DNA of 64,000 nucleotides. It comes from Actinomycetota bacterium (GTDB lineage: Bacteria > Actinomycetota > Thermoleophilia > Solirubrobacterales > Thermoleophilaceae). Both the position numbers and the translations under genes were made by a program. This document shows positions 42,789 through 51,083 of the stretch, piece after piece. The notes under the pieces were generated by a model that made no database searches, was not told the DNA's origin, and was given only the letters and a program-made list of their open reading frames with translations. Within the stretch, counting starts at the first letter, position 1. Each line of letters starts with the position of its first letter. The stretch is from the NCBI GenBank assembly GCA_046731915.1, contig JBKPME010000070.1, positions 13,560 through 77,559 of the forward strand, written 5' to 3'.

Positions 42789-43049
42789 CTACTCGATATC
42801 CGCGTCGGCCGGGATTCCCTTCCCAGACAGGATGTCGGTGAGCTGCTGCACGTCGGCGCCGCTGATCACGGCCTCGCCCTCTTCGTGCTTCTTGCGCAGC
42901 CGGTTCACCAGCTCGGCGCGCAGGATGTCGATCTTGCCGTGGAGGATCCGGCGCTTGTAGGAAACCTCCTGCTCCTCCTCGGTGAGCTGCTGGATCAGGT
43001 CCTTCAGCTCGCCGTCCGAGAGCGCGCCCAGGTCGGGAAACGTGTCCAA
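42789..43049 (-). CDS. small helical protein carrying one RsiG-type c-di-GMP-binding motif (RsiG-like, candidate)
   Basis: TTG start preceded by GGAAAGGA; 86 aa with high GC3. EQEVSYKRRILHGKID fits E-x3-S-x2-R-x3-(Q/H)-x3-D. The context SYKRRILHGKIDILRAEL resembles the RsiG helix SY.RRLLQGRIDILRAEL (from memory). Confidence 0.5.
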   Translation of the reverse strand: MDTFPDLGALSDGELKDLIQQLTEEEQEVSYKRRILHGKIDILRAELVNRLRKKHEEGEAVISGADVQQLTDILSGKGIPADADIE

Positions 43050-43096
43050 TGCGGTCCTTTCCAAAAAAGACGAGGAAGAGTGAATATAGCGCTTCC

Positions 43097-43723
43097 TCAA
43101 GTAGAGGTTGAGGCTTTGCGCAGCGCCCGCACGCCATCTTGCACGTACCCGACCGTTGCCGCAAGCGTCATTGCGAGACCGACGTAGAGCAAGACGTCCA
43201 GGACCCAACCGTCGACCAGCAGGGCGAGCGCGAGTGCGCCCATCACGGGCCACACCGCCCACCGTCCGAGCATCGAGACGTTCAGGTCGATGCTGCGGCG
43301 CAGCGCCATCTGCGTGAGCACGAGCATCAGGAGCTCGCGCGCGGCCAGGACCGCCAGCGCCCAGCGCGGCAGCGTCTCGTAGTGCCAGGCCACGACGGCG
43401 CCGCTGACAACGAGCAGTCGATCGGTGAGCGGGTCGAGCAACGCCCCGAGCCGGCTGTACTGCCCGGTGATCCGGGCCGCCATCCCGTCGAAGTAGTCGC
43501 TCCAGGCGATGAAGGCGAACAGCGCGAAGGCGAGCCCGGAGCGCCCGTCACCCGAGCTGAGGCCCACCACCACGAAGATCGGGACGAGCGCCAGCCGGGC
43601 GAAGCCGATCGCGTTCGGAATGGTCCACGGGTGGAGCGGCTGGCCGCGCCGGGTCTCGGGAGGCGGCCCGCCGGAGCGGTCCAGGCCGACGAGCCGGCGG
43701 AACGTCAGGGGAGGGTCCGCCAC
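43097..43723 (-). CDS. pgsA: CDP-alcohol phosphatidyltransferase (PgsA-like)
   Basis: DYFDGMAARITGQYSRLGALLDPLTDR matches D-x2-DG-x2-AR-x8-G-x3-D-x3-D. Confidence 0.85.
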   Translation of the reverse strand: MADPPLTFRRLVGLDRSGGPPPETRRGQPLHPWTIPNAIGFARLALVPIFVVVGLSSGDGRSGLAFALFAFIAWSDYFDGMAARITGQYSRLGALLDPLTDRLLVVSGAVVAWHYETLPRWALAVLAARELLMLVLTQMALRRSIDLNVSMLGRWAVWPVMGALALALLVDGWVLDVLLYVGLAMTLAATVGYVQDGVRALRKASTST

Positions 43724-45405
43724 AGCTCCGCCGCCGCCTCCGCGGCGCCCTCGAGCGGCAGCGATCCCTTCTCCTGGCCGCGCCGGACCTGGAACTCGAT
43801 CTCACGCGCCTCGACGCTCCTCTTGCCGATGGTCACTCGCAGCGGGCAGCCGAGCAACTCGGCGTCCGCGAATTTCTGGCCGGGGCTTGCGTCGTCGCGG
43901 TCGTCGTAGAGCACGTCCAGGCCGAGCTCACGCAGCTGGTCGTAGAGCTGGTCCGACAGCGAGCGCGCCTCCTCGCCCGGCTTGCCGAGCGTCACGAGCT
44001 CGACGTCGAAGGGCGCCACGGCGCGCGGCCAGGAGATGCCCTGCGCGTCCGCGAACTGCTCGATCGCTGCTGCCACCGTGCGGGCCGGACCGATGCCGTA
44101 CGAGCACATCCACATCAGCTGCTCCTGGCCCTCCTCGTCGAGGTAGCGGGCACCGAGCGGCTCGGTGTAGCGCGTGCCGAGCTTGAAGATGTTGCCCACC
44201 TCGATGGCGGGCTCGATCCGGATCGGGCTGCCCGTGGGATCGAGATCGCCGGGCTCGACGCGCCGGACGTCGACCCATTCGGGCTCGAAGTCGCGGCCCG
44301 GCTCGACCCCCGTGAGGTGCACGTCCGGCTTGTTGGCGCCCGCCACGAGCCCGGAGAGGCCGCGCAGCGCCTGGTCGGCGAGCACCGGAACCGGCGCCGT
44401 TACCGGCCCGATGAAGCCCGGCTCCGCGCCGAACTCCTTGCGCACCTCCTCGGGCTCCGCCGGCCGGAACGTCTCACCGAGCGCGTTCTGCAGCTTGACC
44501 TCGTTCAACCGGTGGTCGCCCCGGATCACCACGAGCAGCGGCCCGCGCGACTCGGCGTAGATCGGGAAGGCCTTGATCAGCGTGCCCGGCGGCACGCCGA
44601 GCAGCTCGCAGACCGCCTCGATCGTCGTCGCGCCGGGCGTCTCGACCTCGTTGGGCTCGGACGAGGGGGCGGGCGCGCCCTCGACCGGTTGCGGATCGGC
44701 GCTCGCGATCTCCACATTCGCTGCGTAGCCCGCGTCCGACAGAGCGACGTCGTTCTCCCCCGCCGCGCACGGCGCCATGTACTCGTGCGCGCCGAAACCG
44801 CCCATCATCCCTACGTCGCTCTCGACCCGGTACCACTCGAGCCCTGTGCGGTCGAAGATGCGGTCGTAGGCCTCGATGTGGAGCGCGTAGGACGACTCGA
44901 GGCCCTCCAGGTCGCGGTCGAACGAGTAGGCGTCCTTCATGATGAACTCGCGCGTGCGCAGAAGGCCGGCGCGCGGCCGCGGCTCGTCGCGCTCCTTGGT
45001 CTGGAAGTGGTACAGGAGCTTCGGCAGGTCGCGGTAGGAGCGCACCTCGCGCGCGATGTGCCAGGTGAGGATCTCCTCGTGGGTCATCGCGAGCACAAGG
45101 TCGGCGCCCCTCCGGTCCTTCAGCTTGAACATCTCCTCGATGTCGTACCGGCCGGTCTTGCGCCAGGGCTCGGCCGGCAGCAGAACCGGCATCAGCATCT
45201 CGGCGCAGCCGATGGCGTCCAGCTCCTCGCGGATGATCTGCTCGACCTTCCGGTGCGCGCGCCAGCCGGCGGGCAGAAAGGACCACAGCCCGGCCGCAAC
45301 CTGGCGCGCGAGCCCCGCCCGGACCACCAGCTGATGCGAAATCGCCTCCGCATCCGCCGGCACCTCCTTCACGGTCGGCAGGAAATACCTGGAAAGCCGG
45401 GTCAC
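43705..45405 (-). CDS. proS: proline--tRNA ligase (bacterial type with INS editing domain)
   Basis: GTG start VTRLSRYFLPTVKE. Class II motifs FRDE-like (KERDEPRPRAGLLRTREF) and GCYGIG-like (CSYGIGPART) are present. Confidence 0.9.
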   Translation of the reverse strand: MTRLSRYFLPTVKEVPADAEAISHQLVVRAGLARQVAAGLWSFLPAGWRAHRKVEQIIREELDAIGCAEMLMPVLLPAEPWRKTGRYDIEEMFKLKDRRGADLVLAMTHEEILTWHIAREVRSYRDLPKLLYHFQTKERDEPRPRAGLLRTREFIMKDAYSFDRDLEGLESSYALHIEAYDRIFDRTGLEWYRVESDVGMMGGFGAHEYMAPCAAGENDVALSDAGYAANVEIASADPQPVEGAPAPSSEPNEVETPGATTIEAVCELLGVPPGTLIKAFPIYAESRGPLLVVIRGDHRLNEVKLQNALGETFRPAEPEEVRKEFGAEPGFIGPVTAPVPVLADQALRGLSGLVAGANKPDVHLTGVEPGRDFEPEWVDVRRVEPGDLDPTGSPIRIEPAIEVGNIFKLGTRYTEPLGARYLDEEGQEQLMWMCSYGIGPARTVAAAIEQFADAQGISWPRAVAPFDVELVTLGKPGEEARSLSDQLYDQLRELGLDVLYDDRDDASPGQKFADAELLGCPLRVTIGKRSVEAREIEFQVRRGQEKGSLPLEGAAEAAAELWRTLP

Positions 45406-45454
45406 GGCGGGCGAGTCTATTCCTGGCCCTTCAGTTCTGCCCTCGCAAAGCCGA

Positions 45455-45483
45455 TTGACACCGGGAACCACGCCGGTTTCACA
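45455..45483 (+). promoter_or_regulatory. candidate sigma-70-type promoter TTGACA-N17-TTCACA upstream of the GGDEF/HD-GYP gene
   Basis: Read directly from the sequence. The -10 element is poor and lies only 11 nt before the TTG start, so the transcript would be nearly leaderless. Confidence 0.2.
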
Positions 45484-45494
45484 GAAAGAGTCAA

Positions 45495-47495
45495 TTGGAC
45501 GTCTCACCCAGGCTGAGAGCAGGGCTGGTCGCCCTCGGGGCGCTGACCGGCCTTGGCGTGCTCGCGTACACCGCGCACGTGGCGCTGGGGCTGGCGTCGC
45601 CCGACCTCGACGACTTCTTCCAGGACTGGGTCTTCTGCGGCGTGAGCGTCTGCGCGGGGCTGATGTGCTTCGTCCGCGGCATTGCGGTCCGCAGGGAGCG
45701 GATGGCGTGGCTTGTGATGGGCGTCGGCCTGTTCGCCTGGGCGGGCGGCGACATCACCTGGACCGTTCTGCTCGCGGATGACCCCAGTCCGCCGTATCCG
45801 TCCGTCTCCGACTTTCTCTACCTCGTCTTCTATCCCGCGAGCTACGCGGCGCTCCTGCTGGTTGCGCGCTCGCGCACCGACTCCTTCCGCAGCAGCCTCT
45901 GGCTCGACGGCGCGATAGCCGGCCTCACGGTCGCCGCCGTGATCGCGACGCTCTTCTTCCAGCCGATCGTCGACGCCACGAGCGGCAGCCCCACCGAGAT
46001 CGCGGTGAACCTCGCCTATCCCGTGGGCGACCTCCTGCTGATGGGGCTCGTTGTGACCCTCTTCGGCCTGAACGGCTGGCGGCTCGACCCGGTCTGGCTC
46101 CTGCTGGGAGGCGGCCTGGCGCTGAGCGCAATCGCGGATGGCATCTACCTGTTTCAGACGGCCAAGGACACCTATGTGGAGGGCACGTTGCTCGACGCCG
46201 CGTGGCCGGCATCAGTGTTCTTGGTCGCCCTGGCCGCGTGGCAGTCGCCCAAGCAGAGGATCGCGATTCCGGACTGGGTGATCATGGCGGTGCCGGTCGG
46301 AGGCGGCCTGGTGGCCGTCCAGCTGCTCGTCTACGACCACTTCGCGCGCGTGAACGCTGCCACCGTCAGCCTGGCCGCGTGGGCGCTGCTGCTCGCGCTG
46401 GCGCGAATGGCGCTCGCCTTCCTGGAAAACCAGCGCATCCTCACCCAGGTCCATACCGAGGCGCGCACGGACTCGCTCACCGGCCTTCGAAACCGGCGCA
46501 GCCTGATCGCCGACCTCGAGGTGCAGCTCGGCCTCGCGACGTTTGCGTCGCCGCGGGCGCTCGTGCTCTTCGACCTCGACGGCTTCAAGGAGTACAACGA
46601 TGCGTTCGGGCACCCGGCCGGCGACGGGCTGCTCGTCCGGCTCGCGGCGCGACTGGCCGATGCCGTCGGATACGACGGCGAGGCCTACCGCCTCGGCGGC
46701 GACGAGTTTTGCGTGCTGGTCTCCCCCGGCCGCAACGGCGTCGATCCGACGCTGGCGGCCTGCTCGGCAGCGCTCAACGAACGCGGCGAGGGCTTCGATG
46801 TCACCACGTCCTTCGGAGTCGTTGTTCTCCCCGAGGAGGCGGACACGCCGACCCTGGCCCTGCAGCTTGCGGACCGGCGCATGTACGCGCGCAAGGGTGG
46901 ACGCCGGATGTCGGCGGCTCACCAGTCGCGCGACGTCCTGCTGCGGACGCTGTCCGAGCGGCGCCCCGACCTGCAGCTGCGGCTGCGCGACATCGGTGAG
47001 CTCGCACTCGAGGTGGGCCGCGAGCTGCACATGGGCCCGGAAGGCCTTGATGAGGTGGCCCGCGCCGCGGAGCTCCACGACGTGGGCAAGATCGCCGTCC
47101 CGGACGCGATCCTCGACAAGCCCGGGCCGCTCGACCCGGTCGAGTGGAGCTTCATGCGCCGCCACCCGCTGATCGGAGAACGGATCCTGTTGGCGGCGCC
47201 GGCCCTGCGGCCCGTGGCCCGGCTCGTGCGCTCGAGTCACGAGCGCTTTGACGGGAGCGGCTATCCGGACGGGCTGCGAGGGGACGAGATCCCGCTTGGA
47301 GCCCGGGTTGTAACGGTTTGCGACGCTTTCGATGCCATGACAAGCGAGCGCCCATACCGCGAAGCGGTCACCGAGGGTGCCGCCATTGAGGAACTCCGCC
47401 GCTGTGCGGGGACTCAGTTCGACGCGATGGTGGTAGGTGCGTTTTGCAGGGTGATCGCGAGGGAACGTCCGGTCCATGGAGAAGTATTGCGGTAG
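45495..47495 (+). CDS. polytopic membrane sensor with GGDEF and HD-GYP domains (c-di-GMP synthesis and hydrolysis)
   Basis: About 9 TM segments. RNRRSL...FDLDGFKEYND..GH.AGD...YRLGGDEFCVL forms an intact GGDEF with an RxxD-like site. ELHDVGKIAVPD...HERFDGSGYPDGL forms the HD-GYP. Confidence 0.85.
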   Translation: MDVSPRLRAGLVALGALTGLGVLAYTAHVALGLASPDLDDFFQDWVFCGVSVCAGLMCFVRGIAVRRERMAWLVMGVGLFAWAGGDITWTVLLADDPSPPYPSVSDFLYLVFYPASYAALLLVARSRTDSFRSSLWLDGAIAGLTVAAVIATLFFQPIVDATSGSPTEIAVNLAYPVGDLLLMGLVVTLFGLNGWRLDPVWLLLGGGLALSAIADGIYLFQTAKDTYVEGTLLDAAWPASVFLVALAAWQSPKQRIAIPDWVIMAVPVGGGLVAVQLLVYDHFARVNAATVSLAAWALLLALARMALAFLENQRILTQVHTEARTDSLTGLRNRRSLIADLEVQLGLATFASPRALVLFDLDGFKEYNDAFGHPAGDGLLVRLAARLADAVGYDGEAYRLGGDEFCVLVSPGRNGVDPTLAACSAALNERGEGFDVTTSFGVVVLPEEADTPTLALQLADRRMYARKGGRRMSAAHQSRDVLLRTLSERRPDLQLRLRDIGELALEVGRELHMGPEGLDEVARAAELHDVGKIAVPDAILDKPGPLDPVEWSFMRRHPLIGERILLAAPALRPVARLVRSSHERFDGSGYPDGLRGDEIPLGARVVTVCDAFDAMTSERPYREAVTEGAAIEELRRCAGTQFDAMVVGAFCRVIARERPVHGEVLR

Positions 47496-47498
47496 GCC

Positions 47499-47672
47499 AT
47501 GAGCGAGCCGACCCGCCTCATCTGCAACGTCTGCCACCAGCCGCTCGGGGCGTGCGACCAGTACCTGGTGCGGTTTGATGCCCGGCAGGGCGCGACCGTC
47601 GTCCACCGGAGCCTCTGCTTCCCGCCCGCCCGGGCTGCGCAGCCGAAGCCCGGGCGGCGCGCGGCTGCCTAG
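47499..47672 (+). CDS. 57-aa Cys/His-rich small ORF (below the 60-aa cut-off of the ORF track), hypothetical
   Basis: My own translation is MSEPTRLICNVCHQPLGACDQYLVRFDARQGATVVHRSLCFPPARAAQPKPGRRAAA*. 53 of 57 sense codons end in G/C. The ATG is 3 nt after the GGDEF gene stop, and the TAG abuts the ispG stop. Confidence 0.4.
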   Translation: MSEPTRLICNVCHQPLGACDQYLVRFDARQGATVVHRSLCFPPARAAQPKPGRRAAA

Positions 47673-48974
47673 CTAGGCGCGAGTGAAGCGGCGCCCCGCC
47701 GTCGGCGAGGCGTCCTCGTCAAGCGTGACGCGCTTCGCCTTGGCGGCGCCGGCCATCGGCAGCGCCTGATCGTTGCCGTCACCGAGAGCGTCCTCCGTCG
47801 CGGCGGCCGCCTCAAGCGCGGCGATCCGCTCGGGCGTCATCTCCCCCGCGTTCTCCTCCTCGATCTTCTCGAGCCACTCGGCGCCCTCTGCGGCCTTGCG
47901 CTCATCGACCAGAACGGTGCCGCGGTCGATCGACTTGTCGATCTCGGCGAAGAGCTCGTCCACCAGCCGGTCCTGTGGCACCTTCCTGAGCGGCTTGCCG
48001 TGGGCGAAGATCAGGCCCTCGTTCTTGGCGCCGGTGATGCCGAAGTCGGCGTGTGAGGCCTCGCCGATGCCGTTCACCGCGCAACCGAGCACGGCAACCT
48101 CGATCGGGTCGTCGTACTGACGCAGGCGCTCCTCGATCTCGGCGACCACCGTGTCCATGTCGAACTGGAGTCGGCCGCAGGTCGGGCATGCGATCAGGAC
48201 GGGCCCGCGCTCGCGCAGCTTCAGCGCCTTCAGGATCTCCCAGGCGACCTTGACCTCCTCCTCGGCGTGAAAGGTCGAGAGCGAGATGCGGATCGTGTCG
48301 CCGATCCCGTCCGCGAGCAGGGTGCCCAGGCCGACGGCGGACTTGAGCGAGCCTGACCACTTGGTGCCGGCCTCGGTGATGCCGAGGTGAAGCGGGTTGT
48401 CGATCTTCTGCGCCAAGAGGCGGTTCGACGCGATCGTGTTCGGCACGTTCGTGGACTTGATCGAGACCTTGAAGTCGTCGAAGTTGAGGCGCTCCATTAG
48501 CTCCACGTGCTCGACCGCCGCGGCCACGAGCGCCTCCACGGCGCTCTCGCGCTCGAGCTCGTGCAGGTGCTTCGGCAGCGAGCCCGAGTTGACGCCGATC
48601 CGCATGGGCACGCCGGCCTCGCGCGCCCTGTCGACGACCTGGCCCACCTTGTCGTGACCCCCGATGTTGCCGGGGTTGATGCGGATGCAGTGGGCGCCGG
48701 CATCGATGGCCTTGAGCGCCAGCGTGTAGTTGAAGTGGATGTCGGCGATCACCGGGATCGGCGACTCTCGGACGATCCGCTCGAGCGCGCGCACGTCCTC
48801 GTCCCGAGGCACCGCGCAGCGCACGAGATCCCCGCCCGCCTCGGCGATGGCGTGGATCTGCTTCATGGTGGCGTCGAAGTCCGCGGTCTCCGTCTTGGTC
48901 ATCGACTGCACCGCGACCGGAGCCCCGCCGCCGATCTTCACCCCACCTACGTCGATCTGCTTCTTGGAGGCCAT
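47673..48974 (-). CDS. ispG: 4-hydroxy-3-methylbut-2-enyl diphosphate synthase with a C-terminal extension of about 60 aa
   Basis: VQSMTKT, RINPGNIG, CPTCGR and GCAVNGIGE motifs. An Ala/Glu-rich tail follows the normal end. Confidence 0.9.
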   Translation of the reverse strand: MASKKQIDVGGVKIGGGAPVAVQSMTKTETADFDATMKQIHAIAEAGGDLVRCAVPRDEDVRALERIVRESPIPVIADIHFNYTLALKAIDAGAHCIRINPGNIGGHDKVGQVVDRAREAGVPMRIGVNSGSLPKHLHELERESAVEALVAAAVEHVELMERLNFDDFKVSIKSTNVPNTIASNRLLAQKIDNPLHLGITEAGTKWSGSLKSAVGLGTLLADGIGDTIRISLSTFHAEEEVKVAWEILKALKLRERGPVLIACPTCGRLQFDMDTVVAEIEERLRQYDDPIEVAVLGCAVNGIGEASHADFGITGAKNEGLIFAHGKPLRKVPQDRLVDELFAEIDKSIDRGTVLVDERKAAEGAEWLEKIEEENAGEMTPERIAALEAAAATEDALGDGNDQALPMAGAAKAKRVTLDEDASPTAGRRFTRA

Positions 48975-49040
48975 CGAACCGGCCTCGAAGCCTAGCTAGG
49001 GGACGCGTGCCACGCCGCGGCGAACGATGGGGAACCTGAC

Positions 49041-49122
49041 GCTTGTTGGGCTACCTGACGCCGGGGAGCAAGAGTCCTGTCGCTTGTTGGGCTACCTGAC
49101 GCCGGGGAGCAAGAGTCCTGTC
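49041..49122. repeat. perfect tandem duplication, 2 x 41 bp
   Basis: GCTTGTTGGGCTACCTGACGCCGGGGAGCAAGAGTCCTGTC occurs at 49041-49081 and again at 49082-49122 with no mismatch. It lies 67-148 nt upstream of the ispG start on the minus strand. Confidence 0.9.
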
Positions 49123-49124
49123 TA

Positions 49125-49143
49125 GGGCCCCATATAGGGGCCC
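49125..49143 (-). terminator. GC hairpin downstream of the fadD-like gene (no U-tract)
   Basis: GGGCCCC-ATATA-GGGGCCC, 65 nt after the stop at 49208. Confidence 0.3.
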
Positions 49144-49207
49144 CAGGCAGGATCCTTCGTGCGTCCACGGTGATGTCCTCGCGCGCGGGACCACGCGCAC
49201 CTCGATC

Positions 49208-50959
49208 TCAGCCGCCGTAGAGCTCCTCGATCTCCTTCGAGTACTTCTGGTGGATCGGCTTGCGCTTCAGCTTCATAGTGGGCGTTAGCTCGTCGCCGCC
49301 TGGCTGCCATTCGTCGTCGAGCAGCTTGAACTTCTTGATCTGCTCGACGCGGGCGAGCTGCTCGTTGGCCGTCTCCACCCCACGTTCGACCTCGGCGAGC
49401 AGGGCGTCGTGCCCGTGGTGCTGCTCGAAGGGCGGCGCGACGTCTGGATCCAGGGTGATTAGGGCCACGTTGTAGGGCTTGCCGTCCCCGATGGCGATGG
49501 CCTGCCCGATCACTGGACTTGCGGCCTTCACCTTCGCCTCGATGTTCGCCGGCGACATGTTCTTGCCGCCTGCGCTGATGATCAGCTCCTTCTTGCGGTC
49601 GACCAGCTTGAGGTATCCGTCCTCGTCGAACTCGCCGATGTCGCCGGTATGCAGCCAGCCCTCGTCGTCGAGCGCCTCGTGCGTCTTCTCGGGCTGGTTG
49701 CGGTAGCCGGTCATGGTGAAGGGCCCGCGGATCAGCACCTCGCCGTCGTCGGCCAGCTTGATCTCGGCGCCCGGCGACGGCGGCCCGACGGTGCCGATCT
49801 TGATCCGCTCGGGCGGGTTGCAGGTGCCGTAGCCGGTCGTCTCGGACATCCCCCACAGCTCCGCCAGCGGGATGCCGATCGCGTGGAAGAACTCGATCAC
49901 CTCGCGCGGCGTTGGCGCGGCGCCGACGTTCACGGACTCGACCGCATCCAGTCCCAGCCGAGCGCGGATCTTCGACAGCACCAGCTCATCCGCCTTCGCG
50001 TGCTCGCCCGCGAGCTGCTCGTCGATCGGCTCGCCGGCCTGCTCGGCGCGCACCTTCTTGAGCCCAACATCGAGCGCCCACTGGGTGGCCTGCTTCTTGG
50101 CCGTGTCCTGCTCGGCCTCGATGCCGGCCTCGATCGCGGCCTTGAGCTTCTCCCAGATCCGCGGCACCGCGAAGAACCAGCTTGGCTGGACCTCGGGCAG
50201 GTAGAAGACCACCTGGCGCGGGTCGGGGCAGCAGGTGGTGGTGAAGCCCACAAACATCGGCAGATAGTGGGAGCACGCGCGCTCGGCGATGTGGGCCATC
50301 GGCAGCCAGGACACGACACGGCCGTCGTCCGGGAAGCTGATCACCTGGTCGAAGCCGTTGATCCCGGCCACGAGGTTCGCGTGCGTGAGCTGCACGCCCT
50401 TGGGCGGGCCGGTGGTGCCTGACGTGTAGATCAGCGTGAGCAGGTCGTCGGGCGTGACCGCGCGCCAGGCGGCCTCGAAGTCGAAGCCGTCGGGCGCATG
50501 CTGCTCAACCCCGCCGCCGTCCTCGTCGTCGACGACGATCAGGTGCTCGACGCCGCTGAGGGCCGCCGCGCGGTCGGCGAACGCCTCTTCCGTCACGAAG
50601 ATGCGCGCCCCCGCGTCGTTCACCTGGTACTGGATCTGCTCCGGCGTGTACGTGTTGTAGAGCGAGAACGGCGTGGCACCGAGGTGCAGCGCGGCCGAGT
50701 CGAACCAATGGAACTCGGGTCGGTTGGTGAGCATGATCCCCATCGTGTCGCCGCGCTCCAGCCCCAGCCCGGCGAGCCCGGCGGCGATCGCCGTCACCTT
50801 GTCGGCGTACTCGCGCCACGTGAGCGAGAACTCATCGCCCTTGGTGCGGAGCGCGCGGCGATCCGGATAGGCCTGCGCGGTGGCCTGGAAGGCCTCGGCG
50901 ACGGTGGCAGCCTGAAGCGCAGGCGGCCGGCCGGCGCGCGGCTCGGTCGTAACAGCCAT
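49208..50959 (-). CDS. AMP-forming long-chain acyl-CoA synthetase (FadD15-like)
   Basis: Internal ATG gives MAVTTEPRAG.... AMP-binding motif IYTSGTTGPPKGV, then GYGMSET-like WGMSETTG, TGDIGEFDEDGYLKLVDRKK, and a terminal QPGGDELTPTMKLKR. Confidence 0.85.
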   Translation of the reverse strand: MAVTTEPRAGRPPALQAATVAEAFQATAQAYPDRRALRTKGDEFSLTWREYADKVTAIAAGLAGLGLERGDTMGIMLTNRPEFHWFDSAALHLGATPFSLYNTYTPEQIQYQVNDAGARIFVTEEAFADRAAALSGVEHLIVVDDEDGGGVEQHAPDGFDFEAAWRAVTPDDLLTLIYTSGTTGPPKGVQLTHANLVAGINGFDQVISFPDDGRVVSWLPMAHIAERACSHYLPMFVGFTTTCCPDPRQVVFYLPEVQPSWFFAVPRIWEKLKAAIEAGIEAEQDTAKKQATQWALDVGLKKVRAEQAGEPIDEQLAGEHAKADELVLSKIRARLGLDAVESVNVGAAPTPREVIEFFHAIGIPLAELWGMSETTGYGTCNPPERIKIGTVGPPSPGAEIKLADDGEVLIRGPFTMTGYRNQPEKTHEALDDEGWLHTGDIGEFDEDGYLKLVDRKKELIISAGGKNMSPANIEAKVKAASPVIGQAIAIGDGKPYNVALITLDPDVAPPFEQHHGHDALLAEVERGVETANEQLARVEQIKKFKLLDDEWQPGGDELTPTMKLKRKPIHQKYSKEIEELYGG

Positions 50960-51038
50960 GGCGCGCAATGTAACGGCGGTGGCGCTTCGGGGCCACCGAC
51001 AGCATTGCGGAATGGCTCCCGGCCGCCTCACATGCCCG

Positions 51039-51083
51039 GGTGGTTGGGATTCGGTGCGGAAAACGCTACGAATCCCAACCACC
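51039..51083. repeat. 45-nt palindromic intergenic element, copy 2 (inverted relative to copy 1)
   Basis: GGTGGTTGGGATTCGGTGCGGAAAACGCTACGAATCCCAACCACC has perfect 15-bp arms. The flanks also share CACCGG and GTGA(A)GG with copy 1. Confidence 0.75.

Noticed and set aside
43050-43096. Promoter for the RsiG-like gene (TATATT with TCAACC 17 nt upstream on the minus strand).
   Set aside because: The -10 hexamer is good but the -35 is weak, and alternative spacings fail. The AT-rich spacer is noted, but the call is too speculative to list as a feature.
49041-49122. Possible CRISPR array.
   Set aside because: There are only two identical 41-bp units, directly abutting with no spacers, and no cas genes in the window. 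It is a tandem duplication, not CRISPR.
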